Shown one piece after another: positions 1-11,057 of a stretch of 64,000 nucleotides of DNA (the stretch's first letter is position 1; each line of letters starts with the position of its first letter). Position numbers and translations under genes: made by a program. Origin of the DNA: an uncultured Acidobacteriota bacterium. Lineage in GTDB: Bacteria > Acidobacteriota > Blastocatellia > RBC074. The notes below the pieces were generated by a model. It did not search any database. It was not told the origin of the DNA and saw nothing but the letters and a program-made list of their open reading frames with translations. The stretch spans positions 2,144,001 through 2,208,000 of the forward strand of contig CAWCKY010000006.1 in NCBI GenBank assembly GCA_963796275.1, in the 5' to 3' direction.

Positions 1-1135
1 TCACGCTGGTGAGCAGCGTGACGGCCATCGTAAAGCAGATGACGCGCCAATCCAGGTTGAACTTCATCCAGAACGGGAAATCTATCGGTATCGCGGCGAG
101 CACCAGATCCCGCCCCCACCACGCCAGCGCAAGGCCGAACCCACCACCCAATAGGCCGAGCAATAAACACTCGACCAGCATTTGTCGGATGAGCCGCGTA
201 CGTCCAGCACCCAATGCCGCCCGTACAGCGGTCTCGAGCTGGCGGGTGCTCGCGCGTGCCGTCAGCAGGTTGGCCACATTAGCGCAGGCGATCAGCAATA
301 CCATCCCGACTACACCGAGCAACAGCGGTAGCGATGTTTGATAATCGCTCGTCAGGGCTTCCCGCATCGCGGTCAGTCGCACGCCCATGCCTTCGTTAGT
401 GATCGGGTTCTGTTCCTCGATACGGCGGGCGACGGCAGTCATATCGGCATTTGCTTGCTCCAGCGTGATGCCGGGTTTGAGCCGCGCCACCGCGCTCAGT
501 CCGTGATCGTTGCGGGTCCACATCTGAGTATTGAGTGCCAGCGGCACCCATAGCTCCGCGTTGTCCGGGAACTTGAATTGCGGTGGCATGACGCCGATCA
601 CCACACGCGCACGATTGTGAAGGTTGATCTTCTGGCCGATGATTTCAGGTTTTGCGCCGAAGCGTGTGGTCCAAAGACTGTAACCGAGAATGACGACGCC
701 ATCTTGCCCCGGTTGATCTTCGGTGGCGGTGAAGCTACGCCCCAAGAGAGGCGGAATGCCCAAAATCTCAAACGTGTTAAAAGAGATTTGAGAACCCTGC
801 AATTGCACCGGGTCGGTGCCGCCAGTCAACGTAAAGTCGTCTCCCCCATAGGCGGCAATGCCCGTAAAAACTCGATTTTGCTCGCGCCAATCAACAAAGT
901 TGGGAAACGATACGCCAAACGAACCGCTGCGTTTTGATGAAAACTCGTCCAGCATCACCAATCGGGCGGCATCATCATAGGGTAACGGCCGCAACAAAAT
1001 TCCGTTGATGAAGCTGAAGATCGTACTGGTCGCGCCAATGCCGAGCGCCAGCGTCAACATGGTAATAAAAGTAAAGCCGGGGTTTCTCAGCATCAGCCGC
1101 CCACCGTACCGCATATCTTGCCAAAAGGTTTGCAT
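1..1135 (-). CDS. ADOP/MacB-FtsX family ABC permease, 5' part (continues past the window start)
   Basis: Not in the ORF track. The minus strand from ATG at 1135 reads [41 protein letters not shown] and later [16 protein letters not shown], matching the two neighbouring paralogs. RBS GAGGGAG precedes the start. Confidence 0.9.
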   Translation of the reverse strand, partial: MQTFWQDMRYGGRLMLRNPGFTFITMLTLALGIGATSTIFSFINGILLRPLPYDDAARLVMLDEFSSKRSGSFGVSFPNFVDWREQNRVFTGIAAYGGDDFTLTGGTDPVQLQGSQISFNTFEILGIPPLLGRSFTATEDQPGQDGVVILGYSLWTTRFGAKPEIIGQKINLHNRARVVIGVMPPQFKFPDNAELWVPLALNTQMWTRNDHGLSAVARLKPGITLEQANADMTAVARRIEEQNPITNEGMGVRLTAMREALTSDYQTSLPLLLGVVGMVLLIACANVANLLTARASTRQLETAVRAALGAGRTRLIRQMLVECLLLGLLGGGFGLALAWWGRDLVLAAIPIDFPFWMKFNLDWRVICFTMAVTLLTSV

Positions 1136-1290
1136 AATCTCCCTCAAAATCGATTTCTTATTGCGTTTAACTTAAAAGTATCCGTAATAGCATCCTAACT
1201 GCGCATTTCTTTAACAATATGGGAAATTGGACGCATTCTCTGGCGCAGAGTTTTCTTGCGAACTGTAAAATAACGGCGTCGCAGCGGCAT

Positions 1291-3738
1291 CTATTCACAC
1301 CGCAATGCGATCATCGGGTCCACTTTTGTCGCTCGCCATGCCGGTATCCAGCATGCCGCCAACGCCACGAACGCCAGCAACAGTGCGATCGCGATAAACG
1401 TCAGCGGGTCGGTCGCGTCCACACCGAAAAGCAAACTCACCATCAAACGTGTCGCCGCAATCGCTGCCACCAACCCGAGGACGATACCGATTCCAGCCAA
1501 CGACATCCCCTGCCGTACGATCATCCGCAGCACGTCGCGCTTCTGGGCGCCCAGCGCGACGCGGATGCCGATCTCGCTCGTGCGTTGCGCCACTGTGTAA
1601 GACATCACGCCATAGATGCCCACGCTGGCCAGCAGCAGCGCGATTACGGCGAAGAGGCCGAGCATCAGCATGGCGAAGCGTCGCCGCGCCAGCGATTCCG
1701 AGAGCCAATGTTCCATCGTCTTTACATCGTAAAGCGGAAGGTTCGGATCCAGCGCCCGCGCTTCCCGCGTGACGGCGGCTGCCAGGCTCAGCGGGCCGGC
1801 GGTGGTGCGCACAGCAATGGACAACGAACCGGCGCCGCTCTGCAGGTGCGGCGTATAGAGAGCGACGCGTGAATCGGTCTCCAGCGCGTACTGCTTGACG
1901 TTCCCCACCACACCGACGACGGTCATCCATGGCGCGGTTGAATCGGCACCGCCATACTTCAACCGCTTGCCGATGGGGTCAACGTTGGGCCAGTACGTGC
2001 GTGCCATGTTCTCGTCAACGATCACGACACGCGCCGACTCTTTCGTATCCTGCCCGGTGAAGAACCGCCCGCTGATGAGCGGGATCTTCATCGTATCGAA
2101 ATAATCAGCGCTGGCGGTGCGCAGATCGGATTGGATCATCCCCTGACCCGAAGACGCGTCATATCCTTCAATCGTGATACTGCCCCAGCCGACGCCGCCA
2201 AGCGGTAAAACACTAACACCACCGGCCGCTTCGACACCCGGCAATCGTCGGACGCGCTCCCAAAATTGCTGGTAAAAATTCATGCGGCGAGGTTCATCCG
2301 AGTAAGCAGGGCCGATCAGAACCAGCCGCATCGTGAGAAGGTTTCGGGACGCGAAGCCGGGATCGACCTGCTGCACGCGGATGAAGCTGCGGATCAACAG
2401 GCCCGCGCCGATCAATAAAACCAGAGACAAAGCGATTTCGGTCACGACCAGCAAATTCCGCAAACGATGATGACCGCCGATCAGGCTGCGCCCGCCTTCT
2501 TTGAGAGTCTCGCTCAAATTCACCCGCGAACTGCGGAGCGCCGGAGCCAGTCCGAATAAAATGCCCGTCAGCACGGCGACGGCAGTGGTGAACGCCAACA
2601 CACGATCGTCTATGCCGATGGAGGCCAGGCGCGGGATGTCGCCCGGATTGAGCCAGCGCAACAGCCCTAATCCCCAAACCGCCAGCAGCAGGCCGAACGC
2701 GCCGCCTATCAACGAGAGCAGCGTGCTTTCGGTCAACAGCTGCCGCATCACGCGCCAGCGGCCCGCACCGAGCGCCGTGCGGATCGCCATCTCTCTTTCA
2801 CGCGTCGCCGCGCGCGCAAGCAGCAGGTTGGCCACGTTGGCGCAGGCGATCAATAACACACAGCCTACCGCACAGAGCAGAATGTAGAGCGCCAGCCGAA
2901 CATCGCCTACCACCTGTTCCAGCAGCGGGCGGATGCTGTAACTGAAGCGGCGGTTCTGCGGATAGCTATTGGGGAATTGTTGTTCCAAACGGCGGACGGC
3001 CAGATTCATTTCGGTCTGCGCCTGGGCGAAGGTCGCGCCCGGTTTCAATCGCGCCAGAACGTTGTAATTCTCGTCGCCGTGGTTGGTCATCTGCTTTGGG
3101 CTAAGCGGTAAGGGGAGCAACAACTCCGCCTGCGTCACCGCGCCCACCGTCGGCATGACATCGTGGCCGAGGGAAAAATCGGGCGGCATCACGCCTACGA
3201 CGAGGTGGTCGCGACTGTTTATCGTGAGCGTCTGGCCCAACGCCTTCGGATCGCCGCCGAACCGGCGCTGCCAGAGGGAATAACTGAGGATCACGGTCGG
3301 CGTTTTATCTTGCGCATCTTCTTCGGGCAGGAAGACGCGTCCCAGCATCGCCTGCGCGCCGAGCAGTGAAAATACGGCGGAAGAAGCGCGCACCGCGCCC
3401 AACCGCTCGGGTTCAGCTCCGCCCGTCAGAATGACATTGCCCCCGTGAGCCAGGGCAAGTTGTTCGAAGACGCTGTTTTCGGATTTGAGCGCGGAGAACT
3501 GTCCCGGCGAGGGCCAATCGAGCGCGACGTTCGCGCCTGGTGAATGCGTCCAGATGAGCGCCAGCCGCTCGGAATTTCGGTAGGGCAGGGGATTGAGCAA
3601 TAGTCCGTTGACGATGCTGAAGATCGCGGTATTCGCACCGATGCCCAGCGCCAGCGCGATGATGGCTATCAAGGTGAAACCGGGATATTTGAACAACATG
3701 CGCGCGCCGAAGCGCAGGTCTTGCCATAAGGTCTGCAT
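1291..3738 (-). CDS. ADOP (acidobacterial duplicated orphan permease) / MacB-FtsX family ABC permease
   Basis: Motifs [63 protein letters not shown] and C-terminal [13 protein letters not shown]. Start moved to the ATG at 3738, which follows an AAGGAG RBS. Confidence 0.93.
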   Translation of the reverse strand: MQTLWQDLRFGARMLFKYPGFTLIAIIALALGIGANTAIFSIVNGLLLNPLPYRNSERLALIWTHSPGANVALDWPSPGQFSALKSENSVFEQLALAHGGNVILTGGAEPERLGAVRASSAVFSLLGAQAMLGRVFLPEEDAQDKTPTVILSYSLWQRRFGGDPKALGQTLTINSRDHLVVGVMPPDFSLGHDVMPTVGAVTQAELLLPLPLSPKQMTNHGDENYNVLARLKPGATFAQAQTEMNLAVRRLEQQFPNSYPQNRRFSYSIRPLLEQVVGDVRLALYILLCAVGCVLLIACANVANLLLARAATREREMAIRTALGAGRWRVMRQLLTESTLLSLIGGAFGLLLAVWGLGLLRWLNPGDIPRLASIGIDDRVLAFTTAVAVLTGILFGLAPALRSSRVNLSETLKEGGRSLIGGHHRLRNLLVVTEIALSLVLLIGAGLLIRSFIRVQQVDPGFASRNLLTMRLVLIGPAYSDEPRRMNFYQQFWERVRRLPGVEAAGGVSVLPLGGVGWGSITIEGYDASSGQGMIQSDLRTASADYFDTMKIPLISGRFFTGQDTKESARVVIVDENMARTYWPNVDPIGKRLKYGGADSTAPWMTVVGVVGNVKQYALETDSRVALYTPHLQSGAGSLSIAVRTTAGPLSLAAAVTREARALDPNLPLYDVKTMEHWLSESLARRRFAMLMLGLFAVIALLLASVGIYGVMSYTVAQRTSEIGIRVALGAQKRDVLRMIVRQGMSLAGIGIVLGLVAAIAATRLMVSLLFGVDATDPLTFIAIALLLAFVALAACWIPAWRATKVDPMIALRCE

Positions 3739-3751
3739 TCGCACTCTCCTT

Positions 3752-6172
3752 TCAGTCACATCTCAGCGCGACCATCGGATCCACCTTCGTCGCTCGCCGC
3801 GCCGGAATCCAGCAGGCGATCAAGGCTACCATCAATAACGCAAAGGCGATCACGCTGAAGGTCATCGCATCTGCCGGATGCACGCCGAACAGCATACTTT
3901 CCAGCAAACGTGTCAAAGCAAGCGCCGCCACCAGGCCCAATCCGATCCCGATCAGCGCCAGCATCAAGCCCTGCTTGAGAATCAGCGCCAGCACATCACG
4001 AGTCTGTGCACCCAAGGCAATCCGAATGCCGAGTTCGTGCGTGCGTTGCCTGACCGCATACGAGATCACGCCGTAGATGCCGATCGCCGCCAGCAACAAT
4101 GCGAGCGCCGCAAAGCTCGCCAGCAAGACCAGCGTCAGTCTGCGCTGCGCCAGCGAATAGCCGAGCAATTGATCCATCGTAAAGATCGAATAGACCGGTA
4201 TGTCACGGTCGATCGCACGAATCGCCTCTTCGACCGCGGTCGCGATCGCGGCCGCATCGCGTTCGGCGCGCACGGCCAGTCCCAAATATTCATAGGGCAT
4301 CTGCGAATAGAGCAGGTACATCTGCATCGGAGTGGCGCGGTCTACGCCGTCCATCTTGACGTCATTCACGACGCCGATCACCTCCCGCCAGGGCTCATCG
4401 CCTTCGGGAAGGTCTGGTTTGATGCGCTTGCCGATGGGGTCATCGTTCGGCCAAATGCGGCGTGCCAGCGCTTCGTTGATCACTGTAACCGGCGCGGATT
4501 CCGGCGTGTCGGCGGGGCTGAACAATCGTCCGCGCAGCAGTCGCATGCCCATCGTCTCGAAGTAATTCGGACTCACACGGATGCGATCCGATTCCGGCAT
4601 ATCGGCGCGCGAGGGGACCGGTTTGTCGGCGGCCATAAAAACTCCACCCCAATTCGAGCCGTTTATCGGAAACGAGCGCGTCAGTGCGGCGGAACGTACG
4701 CCCGGCAAGGCGTTTATCCGGGCCAGACCTTCGTCATAAAAAACGCGCATTGTTTGTGGATTGTATTTTCCCTCCGGCAGATTCAGCTCCATCGTCAACA
4801 GGTTGTCGGCATCGAAGCCGAGATCGACGTGCAGCAGGTTGAACATCGATCGGACCAGCAATCCTGCGCCCACCAGCAACACGAGCGACAAGCCGACTTC
4901 GGCAATCACCAGGGCTTTGCGCGTCCCTTCGCGCGCCGCCCCCGTCGTCAGACGTCCGCCGTCTTTCAGCGAGGTCTGTAAATCGGTATTCGAGGCTTGT
5001 AAGGCAGGCAGCAGCCCGCACAACAGACTGGTCAGCGCGGCGACGCCGATCGTGAAGAGCAGCACGGCGTTATCCAATCCGACGCGGCTGAGTTGTGGAA
5101 TCTGGGGCGGTGCCAATTCCAACAAGCCATCCAACATCCAACGCCCTATCAACAATCCGCACGCGCCGCCCAACCCGGCGATCAACAGGCTTTCGCTGAG
5201 CAACTGGCGGACGATGCGCCAGCGCCCCGCGCCCAATGCCATGCGCACCGCGAGTTCTTTCTGCCGCTCAGCCGCGCGCACCAGCAACAGATTGGCGACG
5301 TTAATGCAGGCGATCAGCAGGATAAAACCGACTGCGCCGAGTAGGACCCACAGAGATTGGCGCACGCTCTCCGACATCACATCCTGCAACCGCTCGACCT
5401 GAGCGCTCCTGCCTTCATTGACGTTTGGATATTCGCGCGCCAGTTGTTGACCGATCGCACCCATTTCGCTGTTCGCCTGCTCCACAGTCACGCCGGGCTT
5501 CAAACGCGCTACAGCATAGAAGTCAAAGGCATGGTTCCCACGACCTGCGTGGGCGGAATCTGGCGAGAGAACGAGACCCAGCGGGGTGTACACATCCGCC
5601 GCTTCGAAGTATTCGAAACTAGGCGGCAGCACACCTATTACCGTGTATATCTCGTCGGTCAGCCGCAGGGTTTTCCCGATGACATCCGCCCCACCGCCCA
5701 GACGTCCTTGCCAGAAGCCGTGACTGACAATGACCGTACGCGCGGCGCCATAGCGATCGTCGGCTTCGGTGAACATGCGGCCGCGTTGCGGGTTGATGCC
5801 GAGCAAGGGAAAGAAATTCCAGTTGACCGTGTATCCAAGAACACGCTCTGATCTGTCTCCGCCCGTCAGAGTAAAAGATTGCAACCATCCCACCGCCATT
5901 CCTTCAAACGATTGCGCACGCGCCCTCCAATCAGCATAGTTCGGGTGCGACGCTGACTGTCGCTCGCCCGCCGGCAATTTTTCCGACAACAGCACCAGCC
6001 GCTCCGATTCGATATACGGCAGCGGACGTAGCAGCAGCGCGTGCACCACACTGAAGATGGCCGTGTTCGCGCCGATGCCCAATGCCAGCGTCAGTATGGC
6101 AATCAAAGTGAATCCAGGTCGCTTCCATAATATTCGCGAACCGTAGCGCAGGTCTTGCCATAGATTATTCAT
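3752..6172 (-). CDS. ADOP / MacB-FtsX family ABC permease
   Basis: Same hallmark motifs: [53 protein letters not shown]. Confidence 0.93.
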   Translation of the reverse strand: MNNLWQDLRYGSRILWKRPGFTLIAILTLALGIGANTAIFSVVHALLLRPLPYIESERLVLLSEKLPAGERQSASHPNYADWRARAQSFEGMAVGWLQSFTLTGGDRSERVLGYTVNWNFFPLLGINPQRGRMFTEADDRYGAARTVIVSHGFWQGRLGGGADVIGKTLRLTDEIYTVIGVLPPSFEYFEAADVYTPLGLVLSPDSAHAGRGNHAFDFYAVARLKPGVTVEQANSEMGAIGQQLAREYPNVNEGRSAQVERLQDVMSESVRQSLWVLLGAVGFILLIACINVANLLLVRAAERQKELAVRMALGAGRWRIVRQLLSESLLIAGLGGACGLLIGRWMLDGLLELAPPQIPQLSRVGLDNAVLLFTIGVAALTSLLCGLLPALQASNTDLQTSLKDGGRLTTGAAREGTRKALVIAEVGLSLVLLVGAGLLVRSMFNLLHVDLGFDADNLLTMELNLPEGKYNPQTMRVFYDEGLARINALPGVRSAALTRSFPINGSNWGGVFMAADKPVPSRADMPESDRIRVSPNYFETMGMRLLRGRLFSPADTPESAPVTVINEALARRIWPNDDPIGKRIKPDLPEGDEPWREVIGVVNDVKMDGVDRATPMQMYLLYSQMPYEYLGLAVRAERDAAAIATAVEEAIRAIDRDIPVYSIFTMDQLLGYSLAQRRLTLVLLASFAALALLLAAIGIYGVISYAVRQRTHELGIRIALGAQTRDVLALILKQGLMLALIGIGLGLVAALALTRLLESMLFGVHPADAMTFSVIAFALLMVALIACWIPARRATKVDPMVALRCD

Positions 6173-6364
6173 ACACATTGAATAATCAAACGCTGAGCCA
6201 GTATTGGAGCAAAGCTAAATGGCTGAATTGCTTGGGTTAGAGAGAGGGGCTGGGGGCTCTGACTCTTATGTCGTGCGATTTTGGGACTACTCCGTCCCGG
6301 AAGCGGGAAATTGGGGACAGCAAACTGCATCATCCAAAGTGCAGTCGAATGTCGCCTGCGACAA

Positions 6365-6730
6365 CTACTTCGTTGGCAGCCCTGGGATCTCCATAACTGG
6401 CCGAATTTCAACGGCGCCTACTCTTGCCCCTGGAATCCGTGCGGCTATGCTCATCGCTTCTTCGATATCTTTCGCATCAATAAGGAAGTAGCCACCCAGC
6501 TGTTCACGCGTCTCCGCGAATGGACCGTCGGTTACAAGCCGATTGCCTGCGCGCACGCGGACGGTCGTTGCCGTCGACGTTGGTTGCAATCGGGCGGCGG
6601 ACAAGTATTGCCCGCCCAAGTTGATCTCATTCGCAAGTTTTACGGACTCCTTAACCATCTGCTGGCGTTCGTCTTCAGCTACCTTTTCCCAGATATGCTG
6701 GTCAATGTAAATTAGCAACAAATATCTCAT
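6365..6730 (-). CDS. YciI/DGPF family protein
   Basis: Signature VTDGPFAETREQLGGYFLI and AVEIRPV. Confidence 0.9.
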   Translation of the reverse strand: MRYLLLIYIDQHIWEKVAEDERQQMVKESVKLANEINLGGQYLSAARLQPTSTATTVRVRAGNRLVTDGPFAETREQLGGYFLIDAKDIEEAMSIAARIPGARVGAVEIRPVMEIPGLPTK

Positions 6731-6766
6731 CTTTTAATCTCTAATCAGTAAGTTGAGCGGGTATGC

Positions 6767-7243
6767 CTACTCTATATAACGCGCCAGCTTCTCAAGTGAT
6801 GACCGTGTGCCGGCGTCATTATCCTCGGGTTTGATGCCTGGCGGTATGTTCTCAAATACGATGGTCACTTCTGTTCCGCCGTCTTTATCCTCAAAGGTGG
6901 CAACCATGGTAATCTCACCGGAGAAGGCTGGATCCATCGTGTCAAAGGTAATCGCCTGGACGATTCTGGTCGAGGGCGTGAGCTCCACGAATCGTGACGT
7001 GAATCGGTCTTCAAGCTCCGAAGTTTTGCCGCGGTAATGTTGTTCTGATGAGGGATAGAAAAGCGACATCCGATACCCTCCACCCACGCGAGCGTCGAAT
7101 TCGTGGACCTTTCCGGTCATCTCATCAGGCGAAAGCCAGACAGCCAGAGCAGCAGGATCGGTAAACGCTCGATAAAGAGCTGCCCGCGAGGCCTTGATGA
7201 CTCTCGAAGTCCGCGTGCTGGAAGCTGAGTTCACTTCTGCCAT
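6767..7243 (-). CDS. SRPBCC/AHSA1 (START-like) domain protein
   Basis: SRVIKASRAALYRAFTDP..LAVW, FDARVGGGYRMSL, C-terminal SLEKLARYIE. Start chosen at the ATG at 7243. Confidence 0.85.
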   Translation of the reverse strand: MAEVNSASSTRTSRVIKASRAALYRAFTDPAALAVWLSPDEMTGKVHEFDARVGGGYRMSLFYPSSEQHYRGKTSELEDRFTSRFVELTPSTRIVQAITFDTMDPAFSGEITMVATFEDKDGGTEVTIVFENIPPGIKPEDNDAGTRSSLEKLARYIE

Positions 7244-7296
7244 CAATCTATCCTTCAGAATACTTTCAGAAATACTTTCGCGCGATCTGGAGATGT

Positions 7297-9147
7297 TCAA
7301 CGGCTCGCGAGGGACAGCCGGAACGCGGCCATCTCCTCGCCGTTGCGAACGAGTACGAGGTCGCCGATCAGCACCGGATGGTTCCAGGTCTTTCCCTCTA
7401 TCGCTTTGAATCGTGCGATCTCCGTGAACTGATCGGGTGTCGCACTGACCAGCGCCAGCTCACCATCCTCCGACAGCACCAGCATAACGTCCTGGTCGGG
7501 TAACAGAATAATCTGGCCGTGTCCATATCGTCCGCCTTTCCACTTGCGCTTGCCGTCCGTGAGATCGATGCACGCCAGGATGCTGCCGTCGAAGCCGAAT
7601 GCGTGCCCCTTGTGAACGACGAAATCGTTGTAGTAAGGCTTCAGCCCATTCGAAGTCCAGCGCTCCTCGACGCTCCATCCATCGGCTCCGCGCGCAATAG
7701 CGATGCGACGCATGCCGACCTCGACGCCGAATCCAGAGCCGCTGCCGATCAGGATGTCGCGGCCCGCGATCACGGCCGGCTGCACGATCCCGTCGCTCTT
7801 CCACGCGTGCTTCCAGAGTAACTTACCGTCATCCGGGGCGACGCCGATCGCGCCTTCTCCATTCAGCAGCAGGACCTGCGCGACTCCGTCGATAGTTGAG
7901 AGATGCGGCGAGCTGTAACCCCCGCCGCCGGTCGGTCCAAACCATCGCGGGTTGCCGGTGGCGACGTCATAGGCCGCGAGGTCACCTGCGGCGGCGACGA
8001 TGACGACGTCGCCGACCACCAGCGGTGAGCTCGCAAAGCCCCAACTCGGGATTTTCGTCTTGGTGTCCGACGCCGCGTTGCGCGACCAGACGACGGAACC
8101 GTTGCGGGCGTCGAGCGCGTTCAGGATTCCCGTCGCGCCGAATGTGTGGACGCGACCATTGCTGAGGGTAGGCGTGGCGCGCGGACCGGCGCCGGCATTA
8201 GACTCCCAGAACCGGGCCGGGTCGCGGTGTCTCCATACCGGGTCGCCGGTGGTCAGGTTATAGCAGGAGACGATCTCCTCCTCGCCGCGCTGCTCCTGGG
8301 TGTAGAGGAGATTCCCGCGGACAGCGAACGACGACCAGCCCGGTCCTATCGTCCGGCGCCATAGCTCGACCGGCGGCGACTTCGACCAGTCGGTCTCGAC
8401 CCGCACACCGCGAATGATGTCGTTGCGCTCAGGCCCGCGAAAGCCGGGCCAATCGACGCGCGGTCTCGCTGCTGCCGGATCGGCGGGGAGCGGGGTCGAT
8501 TTTTCATTGCTGACTGTCGCGAGGTCGCGCTTGGCCGGGGTCTCGGCGGCTGCTGTAACCGGCGTGGGACTCGGAGTGGCGATGGGCGCCGGCGGTTCGT
8601 CGGTGGCCTGGGCCAGGAGTCGCTCCTCGGGAGTCTTCGTCCACCGCCAGTGTAGATCAGAATCTCCTTCGCCGGTCATGCCGCCGGTCCGTATAAACGC
8701 CAACAATCCGCACGAGAGCAGGATGGCAGATGCTATCGAAGCCCGTCGCAGTTTGCTCGAGAGGCGAAGGCTCGCCACCGCCGATGCTACCAACGCGATG
8801 CTAAGGATCGGGATGGCGAATATGGGAAGCATCATCCCCATCATGCCGTTCGCAATCGACGCGTGAACGATGTGGGATGTCGCGTACAGCGCGATTACTA
8901 TCAGAACGATGGCGCCCAGCCGCTCGGACCAGGGTGCACGGCTGAAGAAAAGCCACCAGACGAGAACGATCAACCCGCCTGCCAGTCCGCCAATTATAAT
9001 ATTTGCATTGGAAAAGATGAGGGGGGCGACAAACATCGCCAACAACTGTAGCGTCACGGCGAGCACGCCGGGCCAAACCCGCAACAGCTTCTGAGAACCA
9101 GGGGGATCGGTCTGATTTATAGCTATGCCTATTATGCTGATAATCAT
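7297..9147 (-). CDS. Membrane-anchored PQQ-like/BamB-type beta-propeller protein
   Basis: About five N-terminal TM segments, a Pro/Ala linker, then DWPGFRGPERN, GWSSFAV, GPRATPT, FASSPLV, YSSP and TWNHPVL repeats. Start codon uncertain. Confidence 0.85.
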   Translation of the reverse strand: MIISIIGIAINQTDPPGSQKLLRVWPGVLAVTLQLLAMFVAPLIFSNANIIIGGLAGGLIVLVWWLFFSRAPWSERLGAIVLIVIALYATSHIVHASIANGMMGMMLPIFAIPILSIALVASAVASLRLSSKLRRASIASAILLSCGLLAFIRTGGMTGEGDSDLHWRWTKTPEERLLAQATDEPPAPIATPSPTPVTAAAETPAKRDLATVSNEKSTPLPADPAAARPRVDWPGFRGPERNDIIRGVRVETDWSKSPPVELWRRTIGPGWSSFAVRGNLLYTQEQRGEEEIVSCYNLTTGDPVWRHRDPARFWESNAGAGPRATPTLSNGRVHTFGATGILNALDARNGSVVWSRNAASDTKTKIPSWGFASSPLVVGDVVIVAAAGDLAAYDVATGNPRWFGPTGGGGYSSPHLSTIDGVAQVLLLNGEGAIGVAPDDGKLLWKHAWKSDGIVQPAVIAGRDILIGSGSGFGVEVGMRRIAIARGADGWSVEERWTSNGLKPYYNDFVVHKGHAFGFDGSILACIDLTDGKRKWKGGRYGHGQIILLPDQDVMLVLSEDGELALVSATPDQFTEIARFKAIEGKTWNHPVLIGDLVLVRNGEEMAAFRLSLASR

Positions 9148-9291
9148 ACCGATCTATACTCTACCAATAACCCTTTTGTTCCCAAGTTTGTCGGCGGCGC
9201 CCCCCATTTCAAAGATGGTCATAACTCATCGAATCTTAAATTAGAGGAGTGTGCAAATTAAAGCTGGTTATTATCAACAGTTTTCTGATTG

Positions 9292-9445
9292 GCTCCGGAG
9301 GAGCCCGATGTATATAGCCTTCGATTACCCAAGTCTCACAAGCTGCAGAGGAGCGACATACAGGCATTCATATGTCGCTCCTCCAGAGTTTATGAGATGT
9401 GGGAAAACGAGATATATAGATATCCCGCGCCTCTGGCGCTCAGGA
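9292..9445. repeat. Palindromic MITE/REP-like element (GCTCCGGAGGAGC family)
   Basis: GGCTCCGGAGGAGCC palindrome plus the inverted pair GAGGAGCGACATA / TATGTCGCTCCTC, ending in TATAGATATCCCGCGCCTCTGGCG. A related partial copy lies at about 17620-17692. Confidence 0.65.
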
Positions 9446-9523
9446 ACAATAACATTGATTCACTGATCTTATTGCACACTCTTCAACTAATAATCGATGA
9501 ATCAAGGTGCGTTTGATATCCCC

Positions 9524-10000
9524 TCAGGCGATATTGCCACAGGCAGTCTCGGCCCGTTTATTTATCTCTTCCGGAGTCAAATCTTCTATATGCGTGGCGA
9601 ATGACCATTGATGTCCGAACGGGTCTGCCACAACACCATAGCGATCGCCCCAGAACATATCCGTCAACGGCATCTTCACCTGGGCGCCGGCAGCCACGGC
9701 TTGATTGAAAAATGCATCGACGTCTTCTACATAGAGGTGCATCGTGACCGGAGATCCGCCGGTACTTAGCGGCCCGAGACAACCCATACCCGGAACTTCA
9801 TCCGCGAGAAAGAGACGCGAGTCTCCGATGACGAGTTCCGCGTGCAAAACGGATTTGCCATCCGGCCCGGTTAAGCGGCTGGTTTCTCGAGCCTTGAACG
9901 CTTTTCGATAAAATTCGATAGCTTGATTCGCACCTTTCACTATCAGATGAGGGGTTATCGTATGGTAGCCCTCGGGGATTGCAGTTGGTTGATTCTTCAT
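9524..10000 (-). CDS. VOC/glyoxalase (PhnB-like) family protein
   Basis: IPEGYHTITPHL, AIEFY..AF, HAEL.IGDS, DMFWGDRYG.V.DPFGH.W. Confidence 0.9.
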   Translation of the reverse strand: MKNQPTAIPEGYHTITPHLIVKGANQAIEFYRKAFKARETSRLTGPDGKSVLHAELVIGDSRLFLADEVPGMGCLGPLSTGGSPVTMHLYVEDVDAFFNQAVAAGAQVKMPLTDMFWGDRYGVVADPFGHQWSFATHIEDLTPEEINKRAETACGNIA

Positions 10001-10122
10001 GTTTTGTTTCCTTTCACAGAGTTGTTGTTATTTCAGCAGTTATTGCAGGTCGAATCGATCGAAAGCATTATCGTGAAACGGCTCGTTTTCATTGAATCAT
10101 CGCCGCACCACAGTTAGCGCGC

Positions 10123-10572
10123 TTAAACCGCGGCTGAAAGTCGAGTACTGGGAGCTTCGTTCCGACGTCCCGCAGCTTTGCGGTACGTCGCCGCCCGCCC
10201 ACGGCCGTAAGCGATAGCAGCCGCGAGTATCCCGACTGTTGCAGGTATCCCCGCAAACGCGGTCCCACCGCCGATCAAGGTGATCGCTGTCGCTCCGATC
10301 ATGATGATGACCAATCCCACGGCGGCCAGCGGCGTCAAGACCGGTCGTATGCGCAATAGCCACGGCAGGATCAAGCCGATCGCGCCGAGCGCCTCGGCCA
10401 CGCCGATAAATCGCACGAACAATCCCGGCAGCGCCACCGGCCCTTGGAGCGACTCGAGGGGCAGGACGAGCTTTATTCCACCGGCCCAGAGAAAGAGCAG
10501 CGCAAGCGACCATTGAATGGTCCAAAGGGCATAATTCTTTATTCTGGTTTCTTTGTATTGATTTGAGTTCAT
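10123..10572 (-). CDS. DoxX family membrane protein
   Basis: ALWTIQWSLALLFLWAGGIKL, FIGVAEALGAIGLILP, LTPLAAVGLVIIMIGA. ATG at 10572 follows an AGGAG RBS. Confidence 0.85.
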   Translation of the reverse strand: MNSNQYKETRIKNYALWTIQWSLALLFLWAGGIKLVLPLESLQGPVALPGLFVRFIGVAEALGAIGLILPWLLRIRPVLTPLAAVGLVIIMIGATAITLIGGGTAFAGIPATVGILAAAIAYGRGRAATYRKAAGRRNEAPSTRLSAAV

Positions 10573-10634
10573 TGTCTTATCTCCTGTTGGTTCTAGCGAA
10601 AAGTTTAGATTGATCATCTTGTTTCCGTCAGTTA

Positions 10635-10661
10635 ATCGAATGGCAGGCGGCCTAATCGACA
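10635..10661 (-). promoter_or_regulatory. Putative ECF42-type sigma-factor promoter
   Basis: Minus strand reads TGTCGA-N17-CGAT about 60-90 bp upstream of doxX. It resembles the TGTCGA / CGA promoter described for ECF42 regulons, which contain DGPF genes. Confidence 0.55.
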
Positions 10662-11057
10662 TTTCGGTAGAAAAAATTTGTCGAAAAGTGTTCCCGTCGC
10701 AATGTTTATTACCGAGCAGTTGTGGAAAACGGCCGAGTGAAGATCAGTTGAGAGATTCGGATAGGCGAGCCGCGTGTCTAACGTGCCCTAAAACCGTTGT
10801 CGTTAAAAACGTATTTTCTTTGTCGCGTAGCGACGGCGTGAATTTAGACGTGATGTATTTGAGTAAATAATGAACCGACTATGTGTCTGCCCCGGGTTCG
10901 CGCTGCTTCGCGCCGGGGCAGACCTGTGTGTCAGATGGCTATATGTTGGGCTCAAATCATTATGATTTAAGCGGGCCCCACCCGATGAAGATACGGATTG
11001 GTAAGGCAGGGCTGATAAATATCATTGAATATCGCGCCTCGATTTCGCGTCTTCTTT

